DNA from: Antedon mediterranea
Taxonomy: Eukaryota > Animalia > Echinodermata
Assembly (NCBI RefSeq): GCF_964355755.1
Contig: NC_092672.1
Span: forward strand, 1,984,001-2,048,000
Length of the DNA stretch: 64,000 nt
Reading direction: 5' to 3'
Shown: one piece after another, positions 14,001 to 27,600 of the stretch
How the letters are laid out: each line of letters begins with the position of its first letter
How positions within the stretch are numbered: position 1 is the stretch's first letter
Notes under the pieces: model-generated
What the model saw: only the letters and a program-made list of their open reading frames with translations
Database searches by the model: none
What the model was told of the DNA's origin: nothing
Position numbers and translations under genes: made by a program

Positions 14001-16793
14001 GTTATTGGGTCCCGCATTATAACACACTCACTGATATCTCCATATTTTGCAAAGTAGTCCCTAAGCTTATCTGAAAAACATAAAAAAACAATACCATTAT
14101 ATATTTATCAACTGATTTTGGTACACTAGGTGCTGTATGATATTGCCCCTAAAGGAGGAAAAGGCCAATGTTGGTTTATCTAAGTAAGCAAGGCACGAAA
14201 TAGATACGGCATGGGACGATACAGCTATCGAGTTGAAAAGTCATTCTGCGCATACTTAGTGAACAAAATGACTATTAGACTCAACAGCTACATGGTTATG
14301 CAAGGTGTCCTCAAAAACTAAAGTTCACTAAGTTAAGGGGTTAGGATGCTAAAAGCTATGGATACAATACAGTAGGTGAAATGTTGAAGTGGTGGGGTTG
14401 TCAAAAGGTGGGGTTGTAAAAGTGGGGGGTGGGGGGGGGGGGGTGGTTATCAAAGGGTAGTATAGGTGCTAAAAAGTAAAATACTTTAAGCGGGTCATTA
14501 CTAACTTCTATCTATATTCATAGACTGGTTCGAAGAACTATATGGTTTGGGTAACTTTACCATCACTGACCAAAGGTACAGTCTATGGTATCCCTGGTGC
14601 AATACCATACAAACTAGGTAAGAGGTCACAATTTAAACAACCGATTTGTATCATGCTGCTCACATTCTAATTATACTACAGTAGACTGTGTACTGCACAT
14701 TAGCATTATCATCCGACAACCTCATAGTTATTAATAGAACAAAATTAATTCTAAGAATCGGATATAAATACATCTGTTGCCAATGTGCGGTACCATTCAT
14801 GCATCTTTTGTTACGTTCAATAAATATGTTGATAAATATTGTTTTGCATAATTCTAATATTCTGTTCTGCAGGTAATTTTGTATTGAAGATTTTACATTA
14901 CATTTTCGCCACTTTAGCATAGCAAAATGCTAGACAACTCAATACCACCTTGCTACAGTACAAATAGAGGCCTAGCATTTTACCGGTTGCTTACTATAAT
15001 AATATTAACAAAGTCCCTGTCTGGAATGTTGAATATCCAACAATGTATTTTTTTGATACCTTCTCCATTATTAAAAATGCATAACCTCATTTTATATAAA
15101 GCAAGGGATTTATAAAGCACAGACAATGTATAAATTGTCTATTTTCTTCAAGCTATACTCAATATACAATGTGTTTATTTTAACATCAAAGCCTTATCTA
15201 ACTAAACCGGATATCTCAGATATCTTGTTTGCCCGAAACATTCAAACTATAACTTGCCAAGGTAGTAGATTTTTGTATACATACGATAGTATGTATTACA
15301 ATACAAGAATGTTATAAAATCTTTTTTTGAAATTTATTATTATCAATGTGGTTTACTGTGTGTAGGGCTTTACATGAATAGATATGATAATCCAGTATTT
15401 TCTTAATGGAATAGCCCGAACATATAATAGTAAAAAATAGATATCAAATTAAGGTTCAAAATTTAATTTTAGCTGGGGGAACGCGTGCCTCAAGCTATCC
15501 TGGGATCCATCCAGGGCTGCCTAATTAAAATTAATAAATGAAAATGAAATTCTGCGTGAGAAGTAATACGAGAAATTTGAAATGGATTTGAATTCATATC
15601 GTCAAAATTACAAACAAGCAATTATGACAATAAAGATGTGAAGATTGAATGTGTCATATTGATTTAGTTATCGTATGTTTATGATGACAATGTAACAAGA
15701 AAAATATCTTAATGTCATAAATAGTAATAATATATTTACATATCAAGTCATAAGAGAAATAGAATATTTTAATAGATCTGACAAGAGCATGTCAGTTGTT
15801 GCTAAATAGAGAATGATTGAAATATATTAATTTGTTTTACAATTACACTGGTACTGGATAGTAATGGTATACAATGTCATAGACAATTAAGTCTGTTTAT
15901 ACCAACTCAACCATTATACTGTAGATTAAGTTTTAATCTATTGACGTTTATCTGGTTTTGATCTAGGCCTAGGGTGTGCTGGTGGTAGGTCTTTGATTTA
16001 GGCCTAGAGTGTGCTGGTGGTAGGTCTTAAGTAACAATAAGCTAACTCACCTGTAGTGGTGGTCCAACTAAGTCCGCCTATAAACATCTTGCTGAAAAGT
16101 GAAGAATTTAAATAATTAGTATAAAATGTCATATTTACCAAAGTCATTTTAATTTTTATATTTTATTTCATCACCACTCAATTTAGTGACACAGTCACCA
16201 TTGGCATTACCAAAGTTGAACAATACATAGTAGGCATAATAAATATTTGAGGAACAATTTATTTTCAGTAATACATTGGTAAATTATAATGTAGGCCTAC
16301 AAATTCTACTCAGAACTCATCATTCATTCTACTAAGTACTAGTAGTACTAACTACTCATCTGTATTACTATTACCTTAGCCTAGGCCTACCGCCAGTAAG
16401 ATCTAAGGTAAGTGGTATAAAACAGATTGTTAGGGTAAATCCCCATTAAGATCAACGATTCAAAGATGAATTATTTATTTATTATGATGAGGGATCATGA
16501 TGGTAGAAGCCAGCCGCTACTGGTGGTTTACCACTTGTCTAGCGACAGCTGATACCGTACCTGTACCAGCAGTACCAGTAGTAGCCCAGTAGTGGTGGTG
16601 GTGGTGGTGGTTACACTGGAACTATAAGGATGGGTTATTCCTGTACCAGGTACTTCGTTCATTATTACTCAATGACATTTTGCCTGAACATAAAAGTTAA
16701 TTCCAATTCACAATCTACACTGACATAAATAAAAACAACTTACCCGGGATCGTGTGAATCTGAGCCCCCTAAATTTTGTTGGCCGTCTGCCAT
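2045..16793 (-). CDS. MSI: RNA-binding protein Musashi homolog, exons 1-5 (gene continues past the left edge)
   Basis: GT-AG exons 16793-16744, 16091-16051, 14070-13989, 6064-5980 and 2086-2045 join in frame to [100 protein letters not shown]. This is RRM1 (RNP2 MFIGGL, RNP1 RGFGFVTF) with the Musashi-typical HDP-KMF and DPKVAFPxRAxPK motifs. Confidence 0.95.
2677..2862. mobile_element. Degenerate short MITE of the same pogo/Tigger-like family
   Basis: Ends read cagttgactctcccaata and gtccggtatttggagagttgattg. Confidence 0.6.
3251..3338. repeat. 24-bp tandem repeat, ~3.7 copies
   Basis: Unit ATTGGGTGTGGTCAACCAAGTGG(T/C). Confidence 0.9.
5625..5895 (-). mobile_element. Deu/Nin-domain SINE copy (inverted)
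   Basis: Reverse complement of the 6533-6832 element (gtacaccggggtaacccc...ctaggttctttaaagtgcac...tttatagtccttatc.gagaagactcgttctaccacc). Confidence 0.8.
6533..6832 (+). mobile_element. tRNA-derived SINE with Deu/Nin-type central domain (full length)
   Basis: A box TGGCCGAGCGG and B box GGTTCGAGGC. The body TCGGATAAGGACTATAAACCGTAGGTCC...TAAAGAACC...GAGTAGGGG..CCCCGGTGT resembles the DeuSINE core. Four copies occur in the window. Confidence 0.8.
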
Positions 16794-16989
16794 TCTTACT
16801 ACGCTACTAATATTCCTGAAACTAAATAAAGAGAACCTGGCTAAGCAGCGACTATCCTCGTCTGCACGTGTTTAGTGATCTGTGGTTAAACTACGGCTTG
16901 TAAATTCTAAACCCTGTGCTAGCCGACGTGGGTGGTTCCACTGGCGAACTCACCGGTCCAGAAAGACGCGAAACATATTTGATTGATGG

Positions 16990-17120
16990 ATGAATACGTC
17001 TTCTGATTGGTCGACGGATTGGTAACCTGGAACGCTCGATGAAGTAGTGATGACGTCAGCATAACGAAATCTTCCGGTATCCAAACGTGGAATCGGCCAT
17101 CGGCTTCGCGCCAACTTCGA
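16990..17120 (-). promoter_or_regulatory. Putative Musashi proximal promoter
   Basis: GC/CpG-richer patch about 200-330 bp upstream of the ATG with two CCAAT boxes (ATTGG on +, ~17005 and ~17018), a perfect CRE TGACGTCA at 17051-17058 and an ETS site CTTCCGG at 17071. Confidence 0.5.
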
Positions 17121-18269
17121 TATTTACTTTTCTTTTGCAAATAAATGTTGAACTTTGTTCCGAGTATGTTCTTAATTTTATAATAAAAACAATAAGCCTA
17201 CTAAAATAGCTTTTATTGGTATTATAAGGGTTCATTGTTGATAAATATATATTTGTTTTAGGTGTTTAATCAATAATTCGTTTACATTTATTTGATTCTC
17301 AATTGCTTCCCTGATTACATCGACCTTAATCCCTTTAATTAATATCCAATATAATATATAACTTTCTCTCATCCTAATAATTAAATATGTGATTATAAAT
17401 AACCATGATAGGATTAACGCGCAGGCTTTAAATTACCGAATCAACATCATGTGCGGTAGGCCTATGATAAGACGACCAGAAAGTAACATAAGTATTTTAG
17501 TAGGCCTACTGTATTAACATTATAAATCCAAGATTTGTTAAGTATATTGTTATAAATTATATGAGTTAGTTAGTTAAAAGTTAGGTCAAGATAGCGTAAA
17601 CGAAGTACGGTATAAATAGCTATTGTTTTGGAAAATGTTAGACTTGCCCCAAGTCTGTATTATCTTTTTTTTTTATTTATTTGTCTGAAAATCCAAAATC
17701 AAGTAGTATACGTATGAAACGCCATATGTGCCAAAATATTTATCTTTTTACTAATATTAAGACAAAACTCCGTCTGGAACAACCCAGACTAGGAAAATGT
17801 ATTCATTTATTTAAAAAGGCTAAAATTAATACGCCGTCGGGTCATGAATGTTTTAGGCCTCATACCCGAAATCCAAAATAACAAACATAAGTAACAACAC
17901 AATGATTTGTTTAAATAACATTCGTTTGTTTGGGAAGATAATGACAGTTTATTTTACTAAATGACAACAAAATACTATAATTTAGCGAACATGTTATACA
18001 TTATACTTTCCAATGACTTTGGTACAACTTTTGAGGCAAGAGGGCGCCCTGTTAAAAACTTATATAAACGAAGTTTGCCTGACTATTTTTTTTATTTTTA
18101 GGCGACGTTTAAAACCGTATCAAACTAAATATGGTAGTGATATGCTTAAGTCTCATTTGATTGTTTTTATAATTGTGTAAGTATAGTGTAATCCAGACTT
18201 TTGCGGCGATTATATTGAATAATGGTAGCAATATGTAGGCCTACTAATATATTGTGTCTGGAGATGCCT

Positions 18270-18522
18270 GTTTTTTTTTTTTTTTTTTTAACCATATTTA
18301 ATGAGGGTGATCCATCCAGCTAATGCTGATCATTAGGGACCCTCAGAGGTTCACAAAACAAACATATACACAAGATGCTCTACATAAACAAAGTCTTCTT
18401 ACAAGTCTTTGGGAGTGGAATTGTAATTTGGTCCTTAGAAAAAATCCTGACATGTGACGGGACTTGAACCCAGGACCCTTGGAGTGGTAGCCAAGCATCA
18501 TAACCACCAAGCCACAACTCAC
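18270..18522 (-). mobile_element. Second tRNA-derived SINE family with poly(A) tail
   Basis: On the - strand: A box TGGCTTGGTGG, B box GGTTCAAGTCC, a ~170 bp body, then an A20 tail. Confidence 0.7.
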
Positions 18523-18744
18523 ACTGAATACTCAACGGTTTGCGGCGTTCATTTGATCTTTAAAATAACGTTACAGTCTAGGCATTATTAATAATATATA
18601 TATATAATATATATATTATAGATTATTGAATGCCATTACGGTACTAACACATTGCAATATAATGTCACGCGGCTGTTGAGCATAAATTAAAATGGTGAAA
18701 AATAAGTGACTTTACTAAATTGGTAACAATAACAACATTTGACG

Positions 18745-20027
18745 GTCGAGTCTATACTATCAAACTTGATGTGATGTGTCCATATATGGACATGATGATG
18801 TCATATCACTACCATATTTGGTCACATCACACATTTTTTTGTCAAACTTGTTTGATAGTTACTGTAAGACAAAGCTTTACGCTCATGAACCAAGTACGTT
18901 ACCCAGTAATTGGGCTGGATTTTATCAATTTTTTTTTGCTTTTTAAGTCAAGATAGTTAAGTTAAGAAGTGCTACTGAAAAACAGCCACTTTATTTACTA
19001 TTAAACCAATGTCTATCTAAAGCTTTGTCCACACTATCAAACTTTTTGTGACAAAAAAATATTATGTGCTAATATATGGACACGATGACGTCATATCACT
19101 ACCATATTTCGACACATCACTCTTTTTTTGTCAAACTAGTTTGTTTGTAGAGACAGAGCTTTAGAATGGAGAGTGACATGAACTGTCTGTTGCTAACTGC
19201 TAAAGCTCTGTCTACACTATCAACTAGTTTGACAACAAAATTGTGATGTGCCCAAATTCATGTCCATGTGTATGTGTCACATTTTTTGTCACATAAAGTT
19301 TTATTTAGACACGATGGTCAATCTGTTTAACTTAACAGATGCACCGAATTTCTTTGAAGACCTCATAAAAAAGTAGTACCATTAATTTAATTTGGTGGCG
19401 CTATAAAGTTTATCAAAAGAGCTAAATCGGTTCAATCATTTTATCTGATCTGCCTTCTTTATTAATAAGTCGAATCGTGACAAAATAAATGTGATGTGCC
19501 CATATATTGACACGATGATGTCATATAACTACCATATTTAAGCATATCACTACCATATTTGGGCACATCACACTTTTTTGGTCAAACTAATTTGATAGTG
19601 ACAGAGCTTTAAACTACCGATCTGCTGTATTCATATTTATATTAAAATATTTTTTATTATTAATTTGCGTAATTTATAGAACAGTCTGTTGATTCGTTAT
19701 TATTTAATTTATTACATGCTTTTTACGACTGCGTTCAGCTTCTATAAAAATTTGAATCACTTAGTGAAAATATGTCTCTGACCTGCTTAATACAATCACG
19801 TGAAAACGTATTGAGACTTATTTCTCGAATTTGAGTGAATATAAAAACAACATAGGTCTGAAGTACGTCAAAAAGTCTACACTATCAAATTAGTTTGACA
19901 AAAAAAATGTGATGTGCTCAAATACGGTAGTAATATGCTTAAATATTGTAGTGATATGACATCATCATGTCCATATATGGGCACATCACTTTTTTTTCAC
20001 ATAAAGTTTGATAGTGTGGACAGAGCT
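18745..20027. mobile_element. Cluster of five MITE family A copies
   Basis: Repeated tctacactatcaaact / agtttgatagtgtagacagagct termini. Confidence 0.8.
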
Positions 20028-20364
20028 TAAGAAGCGTGTTTCCCACTTAGAGACGCGGCGTTCATAAAGCGCGCGTCTAAATACGTCACTACTTCAAGCA
20101 TGATTGGCGGAGACACAAACAATCAGGAAACATTTTAAACACAGTTGTATCCCTATACAATATTTTTATTGCTGTAAAACAAATAATTATTCTTGTGCTT
20201 TTCTGGACGAGTATTTTACAAGGTAACATTGTTAGGAAGACAAAATACAGTGAAAGGTGTACAATGAATCGGCATACACACAGACAATAATAGATAATAA
20301 ACATAGAATAGGTTTTTTTTTCTAGTAAAACGTCAACTCTCTTGTCATTATAGCTGCTGGTATA

Positions 20365-20716
20365 GCTTGGTTCCCACTAGAACGCAACGCAAGGAACGTA
20401 TGCCGCAACGCAATTGACCTATCAAAGCGAAAGATTATTCGAACCGTTCCTTGTGATTGGTCAATTCGCTTCAGTTGCGGCTAACGGCTTACGTCCTGCG
20501 TTGCGTTCTAGTGGGAACAACCCAGCTTAAGCACTAAAGCTTGGTTCCCACTAGAACGTAACGCAAGGACGTTAACGCAACGCAAGCGTTTTAACCAATG
20601 GCAAGCGAAGTTATAGACAGTTAGCAATCACAAGCGAATAAGCCATCGCTTGTGATTGGTCAATTCACTTGCGTTGCGTTACGTCCTTGTGTTGCGTCGC
20701 TAGTGGGAATTACGCT
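20365..20716. mobile_element. Two adjacent MITE family B copies
   Basis: agcttggttcccactagaacg...ctagtgggaa occurs twice. Confidence 0.8.
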
Positions 20717-20996
20717 TTTTTGGTGTAAAACCATGCGTTAAAGGGTGGCTCCGGGTTTTATTTATATTGTTTATTATAAACCGTTGCAGCATTACCGCCA
20801 GTGACGACATAAGTTTATATGTTGTATATAGGAAATGTGTTTTTTTTAATTTTATATCTATTATGTTGTATTGTTTTATGTTTTTTATATAAAATGGTCC
20901 TGTGAAAACAGAAGTGTACACTTCTTTATGCAGGATCCTTGCCATCATTTATGCTATGAAACTATATTTATAAAGGATGAATTGAAGAATTAAAGA

Positions 20997-21053
<57 letters not shown>
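20997..21053. repeat. (ATTG)n microsatellite, probably a LINE tail
   Basis: About 14 ATTG units. Confidence 0.9.
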
Positions 21054-21054
<1 letters not shown>

Positions 21055-21509
21055 GCGCGGTTATCTATGTTGTTGCCAATCTTTCTATATTTTAATGAAC
21101 AAGGGCATTTTTATTCTAGGAACTAACCTTTAAATTTAAACTCTAAACCATTTTTTCACTATTTATGCAGAGATTAACTATAACTTTTTAAATTCCTTTT
21201 TTGACGATAGAGTTTAACTTTGACTTAAAGTTTAACTTATATACGGTATACATTCCAATAACTACACAACATTGCACGCAGTCGTGCCTACAATTACTGA
21301 ATCGCTCCACATAAAGTTTGGTTCCAATTAAAAACGTAAGCACAATGCAATTTCCACAAGAGACGTAAAGCAATGACGTAGGCGCAACGCAAGCGAGTTG
21401 ACCAATCACAGGCGACAGTTTGTATAATCCATCGCTCATGATTGGTCAAATTGCTAACGAGACGCTTACGTTCTTGCTTTGCATCGTCCAAGTGGGAACG
21501 AAGCTTTAA

Positions 21510-22521
21510 AGGAAAGGAACACCCTGGGCTAAATGTGCCACTGTGCTTATAGATAAATGTAATAAAAACATGATTACAATGGTTCAAGGTACAATAGTAA
21601 GCAATTTAGTTAAAAAATAGACTTTTAAACGACAAAATATCGGAAATTGAACAGCGCCATTTTGACAGGTTAAGAGCAATTATGTGACGTCAGATTAGGT
21701 GGACGCATTCAAGCAAATCCAAGCGCCCATCGTGTTAGTACAGTATTTCAATATGGAAGTGCGGGATATAACCATAAATAAAATCAATTAAATAGCCTAA
21801 CATACCTAATATTTTCGGAATATGGCTTGGAGTTTTTATAATTCAAAAAATTTGGAACCAGAATATACAGAAAGAGAGTTAGTTTTGCGTCGTGCTGATG
21901 AGGAAAAAAGAAGAAAAGAAGAACATTCTCGAGCATAACAAGCCGTCAAAGAATGGTGTACTTTCGGCCAGTGTATCTGTACTGTATGCCTTACTAGGCC
22001 TAGAACTCGTGTTGAACGAAAATAAAGTAGACACTGCATCGTCAACCAACAGCCTCCGTTTCGAAGGTTTGCCAGTTAATTCCCCTACCAAATCCCGTTT
22101 GAAACAGCTAGGCAATAAAAGTAACAATAGATTAACAATAGCTGAAAGATTTACGAATTGGCTTGCAGAAGAAAAGATCGATCGAAGGTTTGTTTACCAA
22201 GCCAGCGCATGCTCATACCGTGTCATCGCCGTCCTGCATGACCGCATGTCGCGTTATTAGCCAATCATATTAGCGGATTCGCTTAGCCAATAGAAGCGCT
22301 GAATGCAACCGCGAATCTTAAAATTTTCGTCGGCCGTATCTGACGTCACAAACAGGCTGCCATGAGCACAAGATGGCGATTTTCAAATGTCTTGAAAACA
22401 GCTTTAAAATCCTGTTTACTAGAAAACTACAAATCCGATTTAAACATAAATTGTGCTGAATATTAAGTTGGTAGGGTTACTTTTATAATAGTTAGGTAAG
22501 ATATTAGGGTGTTCCTTTCCT
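21510..22521. mobile_element. Non-autonomous DNA transposon with TTAA TSD (Kolobok-like)
   Basis: Perfect 16-bp TIR AGGAAAGGAACACCCT / AGGGTGTTCCTTTCCT with TTAA on both sides; RR termini; no convincing ORF. Confidence 0.8.
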
Positions 22522-23047
22522 TTAATGTGGACATATACATAGGCATATTAGCTCAGGAAGCGCGAGTTGACAAATCACAGGCGACAGTTTGTATAATTCG
22601 TCGCTCATGATTGATCAAATTGCTACTAACGGGACGCTTGGCGTCGTCCATGGGAACCAAGCTTTAATGTGGACATATATATAGGCCTTTAATAACTCAG
22701 TAACATTCCAATAATACATCTTAAACATTAATCATTCCCATAACACATTTACAAATAACTTAAAATAATTATTGAAAAATTAGAACTCATTTCTTATAAA
22801 TACATCATTTTTTTGAATAGCAAAAGGGCACATACGGTGGGATAACAAGTATTGATTATTATAATATACACTAATTAAACTTAAAATATTAGTAAATAAA
22901 TAACTTAATAACACTGTTTATATAACCTTTAAATAGACCTATACAAAGTGATAAATATGATATATAAAGGTGGTCTATGTAAATGCATGAAAGACCTTAA
23001 CAAGAACACAAACTGTTTTGGAGATTTGGAGGCAAGAGGATACTTAA

Positions 23048-23390
23048 GGTCCATTTACACAAGGACGATAACGATCGACTTTAAAAAAGCATTTTCAAGC
23101 ATAAAACAAATGAAACTACCACTATAGTATAGTCATCTATGCTGGCCTTGGTAAAAGTGATTTTTTTTTGCAATGACTTTTCCACGTCATGATTGAGCCA
23201 TAACATCGTGACATTACAACGATTTTATTGTTTTTATTAATCATGACGTCAGTTGATTAAATTTTAAAATGATAATGATTATTCTATAGTTTTAGAAAGA
23301 AAACCTGTCTAATTTCTTATGTTTTAAGTAAGAAAAATGCATTCTTGTCTATTTATCGTTGATCATTATCGTCCTAGTGTAAATGGGCCT
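23048..23390. mobile_element. MITE (Harbinger-like)
   Basis: TIR aggtccatttacacaaggacgataa / ttatcgtcctagtgtaaatgggcct; a related terminus lies at ~26952. Confidence 0.65.
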
Positions 23391-24616
23391 TTTGGGTAGA
23401 TAGATGAATACATTGGGAATGGAGGATTATAATTCGGAAGAAGAGGTTTTGAAGTTAAAGGTTGTTAATTTGCTTCGTTCTCAACAATGTTTACAAACGG
23501 TTCTTACTATTAATTATTTAATATGAAATAGTACTTTACAATCACTTAATATTCTATACGTCTAATACCCGTTCACACATACAAAAAGTTTACACATTGC
23601 TAAATAAATGTTACAGTGTGTTGTGTAGTGTGTGTGTGAATAGCAAAACATATTAATAAAGCTTGGTTCCCACTAGGACGCAACACAAGGACATAGAGTT
23701 GACCAATGACTAGCGCCAGTTTTAGAATACAGAATAATTAATCGCGACGTGATTGGTCAATTTACTTGCGTTGGGCTTACGTCCTTGCGTTTCATCCAAG
23801 TGGCAACCAAGCATAGACATTGGCCTATAACAACACTACACACATATCAAGACAAATATAATATCACTGTCCAAACCATATCATACACAACAAAACATTT
23901 TTTCTATTTGAATGACTTTCTGTTGAGCACAAATTTACAATTCGAATACAAAAAGTACTCAACGAATCTTTACGTTGACAACGAAAGTTCCCAATCGAAT
24001 ACCACAATTGTTACAATATAACTTTTATATAATTTTTTATATATTTTATCATTTAATAGTACAAAATCACAACAATAAAATGTAATGATGCTAACACAAT
24101 GTTGTTATGAATGTTCTTGTCATCACTGAATAATGTAACTGAAATCACATACTATGCTCAGCTGCATAATGTTGAATACCAATTAATAATTTATTTTCCT
24201 TGTTGTTAGATATATAAATTATAATTTCTTTGTATGTACAGTTATAATGGTTTTGTTTATACTTCAGAAATCATATACAAAATGTTTTTCAGAACAAAAA
24301 CTGAAACTAACTGATAAAAATATTTATAACTGAACATCAAAAAACCTATAAAATAAGAGAAAGTAAACATTTCCAAATTATCATCCAATTCCCAGTGCTG
24401 TATCTCCACATATGGAATAATATTTCTCCAGTATCCAGGCAAATTCCATAAAACAGCATCCCATGTGTTTCACATGCATCATGAAATGGTTAGGGTCTGA
24501 TACAGGTTTTATATGTGTTTTACATTCACTGTATCATGGAATTTGTCTATGATACTCTGCAAATAAAGGTACAGTACCAGGAATCGGCTAAAGTAATTTA
24601 TATTGGCAAATATTTC

Positions 24617-27600
24617 TCAATAGTAATCGTAATTTAGATGGTCAGCTTGGTAGAGCCGCCACAAATAGGTAAGTGAAAAGACACCTAGCTGCAACAGCCT
24701 ACAAAAACCAACTTCCTCAAATACATCTTTGGTGAATACATCAATGTAGCGGCGACTGTAGCCAATGAACCCGGTTGACCTTTTCACATTGTAAACGACG
24801 AGTTGAGTGTATACGAAAATAAAAGCGAGCTTAAGTGCAGTTTGAGCGTTCCATTTGAAAAATCTCGACGAATCCTCATTGAAATAAACATCCTGTAAGT
24901 AATAAATAAAGTAAAATTCAAGTTAAAAGAGTGATGTGCCCAAATATGGTAGTGATATGCACACATATGGTAGTAATGTGCCCAAATATGGTAGTAAAAT
25001 GCACAAATATGGTAGTAATATGACATCATCATCATGCCAATTTATTGGCACATCACATTTTTTTTATTAGATAGAGTATACAGACATTAAGCTCTGTCGA
25101 CAGGCTATCAAACCAGTTTGAAAAAAAATGTGATGTGACAAAATATAATAGTGATATGACATCATCATGCCCATATAGTTTGATAGTGTAGACAGAGCTT
25201 AACTATTGCTTACTTTAAGTTCAATTCAGTGTTTTTTTTCAATCTGATATCAGATGTTATTTTTTAATTCATTTCTCTTTAAATTTAAGCCAATTATTTT
25301 TTGGGGTTTTTCCAATTTCTACAGGCTAAATTGATTCACCAGCAGCTACTGATAAAAGCTTTGCTTTGTCAAAGATACAGAGCACACACACACATATCCA
25401 TTAAACTGTACCTTCACCTTTAACCTAGATAATCATAATGATTTCTTTCATTATCGATCCGTTAAAATACAAATTATATAACAAATCCTTTCTTTAAAGC
25501 ACTTGTAGTCATTAATATGCTTTGAAACAGTTGGCGCTACTACTAGACGTTGTTGTAGTGAATGGATGATTAGCTCGTTAAATGCTTCTAAAGAGTACGT
25601 GTGATTGAAGAACGTCAATAATTCTCAATCGTAGAAACGCACACATGTTTTTGATTCATAATATTACGATGTTTTGATTTATGAAATGACACACTTTAAC
25701 CTAATTCCTACACAATATTTTGTGAATTAATAATTTGAACCAAAAATTTGTTTTTATCTGTGAATAGTACAAAAGTAAAAACAAAATTGAATAAAATATG
25801 TGAATATAAAGGCCAAGTTTTACAAGTGTTGTTTCTGCGACGAGTGCGAGGAGGAAGCAATTCCTAATATTCAAGATGTGGAGTTTAAAGTTTCTAAAGC
25901 TCTGTCTACACTATTAAACTAGTGTGCCCATATATGCACACTACCATATTTGAGCACATCACACTTTTGTGTCACAAAAGTTTGATAGTGTAGACAGAGC
26001 TTAAGTAATCCAGTAATTATTAATTAATGGGTCATGGTGCATCTGCCAACAAGTGAAGCTCTGTTTAAACTATCAAACTAGTTTGACAAAAAAAGTGTGA
26101 TGTGCCCAAATATGGCAGTGATATGCTTAAATATGGTAGTGATATGACATCATCATGTCCATATATGGGTGATGTAGGAAACAGTCAGATTCCTTCAAAT
26201 CACGTTGAAGAGTACAGATCAAAACAATTAAGCCAATCTACTTGTAATATTAGCAAACACCAGGTTTTACTAACTAGTTATTTAACAGTCAAATTGTTCA
26301 CACTTCAAAACCATTTCTGTAAATTTTACCAAGAGCTAACCAGAGTTTATCTACACAATAATAAAAGATCGTCGCCAATACGCTTCATTCAGCGTTCAAT
26401 GCGCGTTTATCAGGCAATTACAAAGCGACCACTCTAATATTAATCAATTTTTGACTATGACAGGCCGAGTGTGATTGATGTAAAGTGATTTTATTGGTGT
26501 GCAACAATTACAACAAACACCCTTGGAGATGCATTTATAAATGGACCAATCAGAAACAAGTATTCCAATTATTCTTAATGATTATATCATTTAAAAGATA
26601 CAATGAACTCAAAACCCAGAAAAGCAGAATTCATCCTAGAATACTATTTATAAATTAAGACTTTCCGAAGCCTGTGTTTTATTTTGTTTTTTAAATTTCA
26701 ATAACTAACAACATGAATAGAAAAAAATTAACAACAATAATAATGAAAATAGTATAACTTTTGATGCTTTCCTGGCAGCTAGTGACTATGATTTTTCTAG
26801 TTTCTCCTTGCTTTGTGTTTGTTTAGATTGTTGATTTGTATCATATTTTGTAAAATTATCTTTTGCCTGAATAAATAATAATATACATGCAAAATACTGT
26901 ATCTCTGCCTCAGATATATAGATCCTTTGGTACAATCCACTATAAAAGTTAAAGCCCATTTACACTAGGACAATAACGATTGATGATAAATAAACATTTT
27001 TCTTAGATAAAACAAAGAAAATTAGAAAGGTTTTCGTTCGTTTAAACTACCAATTCAGCAATATATCAAGCAATATACTTATTTTTGTTTCATCTAAATA
27101 ACTTAACATCAGTTAATATTCAAGGTTGCTTTGTCGTCGTCGTTGTTCACATTCCAGTAAATCGCAGCAATGAATCAAACCGGATTTTGTTACTATTTCT
27201 GGTTTAGTAAAAGAATCTGTCATAATATCTAGCAAATCGTACAATGTATTATTAATTATTTAATAGATTTGCACATTATTAATTATGCAGATTTATATTA
27301 CCACCTGTTTTCTTTAATTTCACCTGCGACCTTCATTCAAAAATCTATACTTATGTAATGATAAATAAGATTGTAAAATCAAAAGTTGTCAATAACATTA
27401 AATAAGACTAAAATCACTTTTTTCCCCAATGTTGATATAAATAGTGCAACTCTTTCCCTCTCTTTTAACCTAAAGATGTATTGTCCCTCAAAAACATGAA
27501 AAATGAAGATTAATTAAATCAGACATTGAACAGGTTATTTTGTAGTTTTAATAAAGTTAATCACTTTCGTAGAAAGAAAAATAACAAAATAAACCCATTG

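Noticed and set aside
21836-22260. 122-aa and overlapping ORFs as a transposase
   Set aside because: No recognisable DDE, THAP or zinc-finger motif; they lie inside a short non-autonomous element.
27100-27230. Possible extra ICE2-like exon
   Set aside because: Exon 7 joins exon 8 in phase without it, and the candidate frames hit stop codons or lack a good donor.
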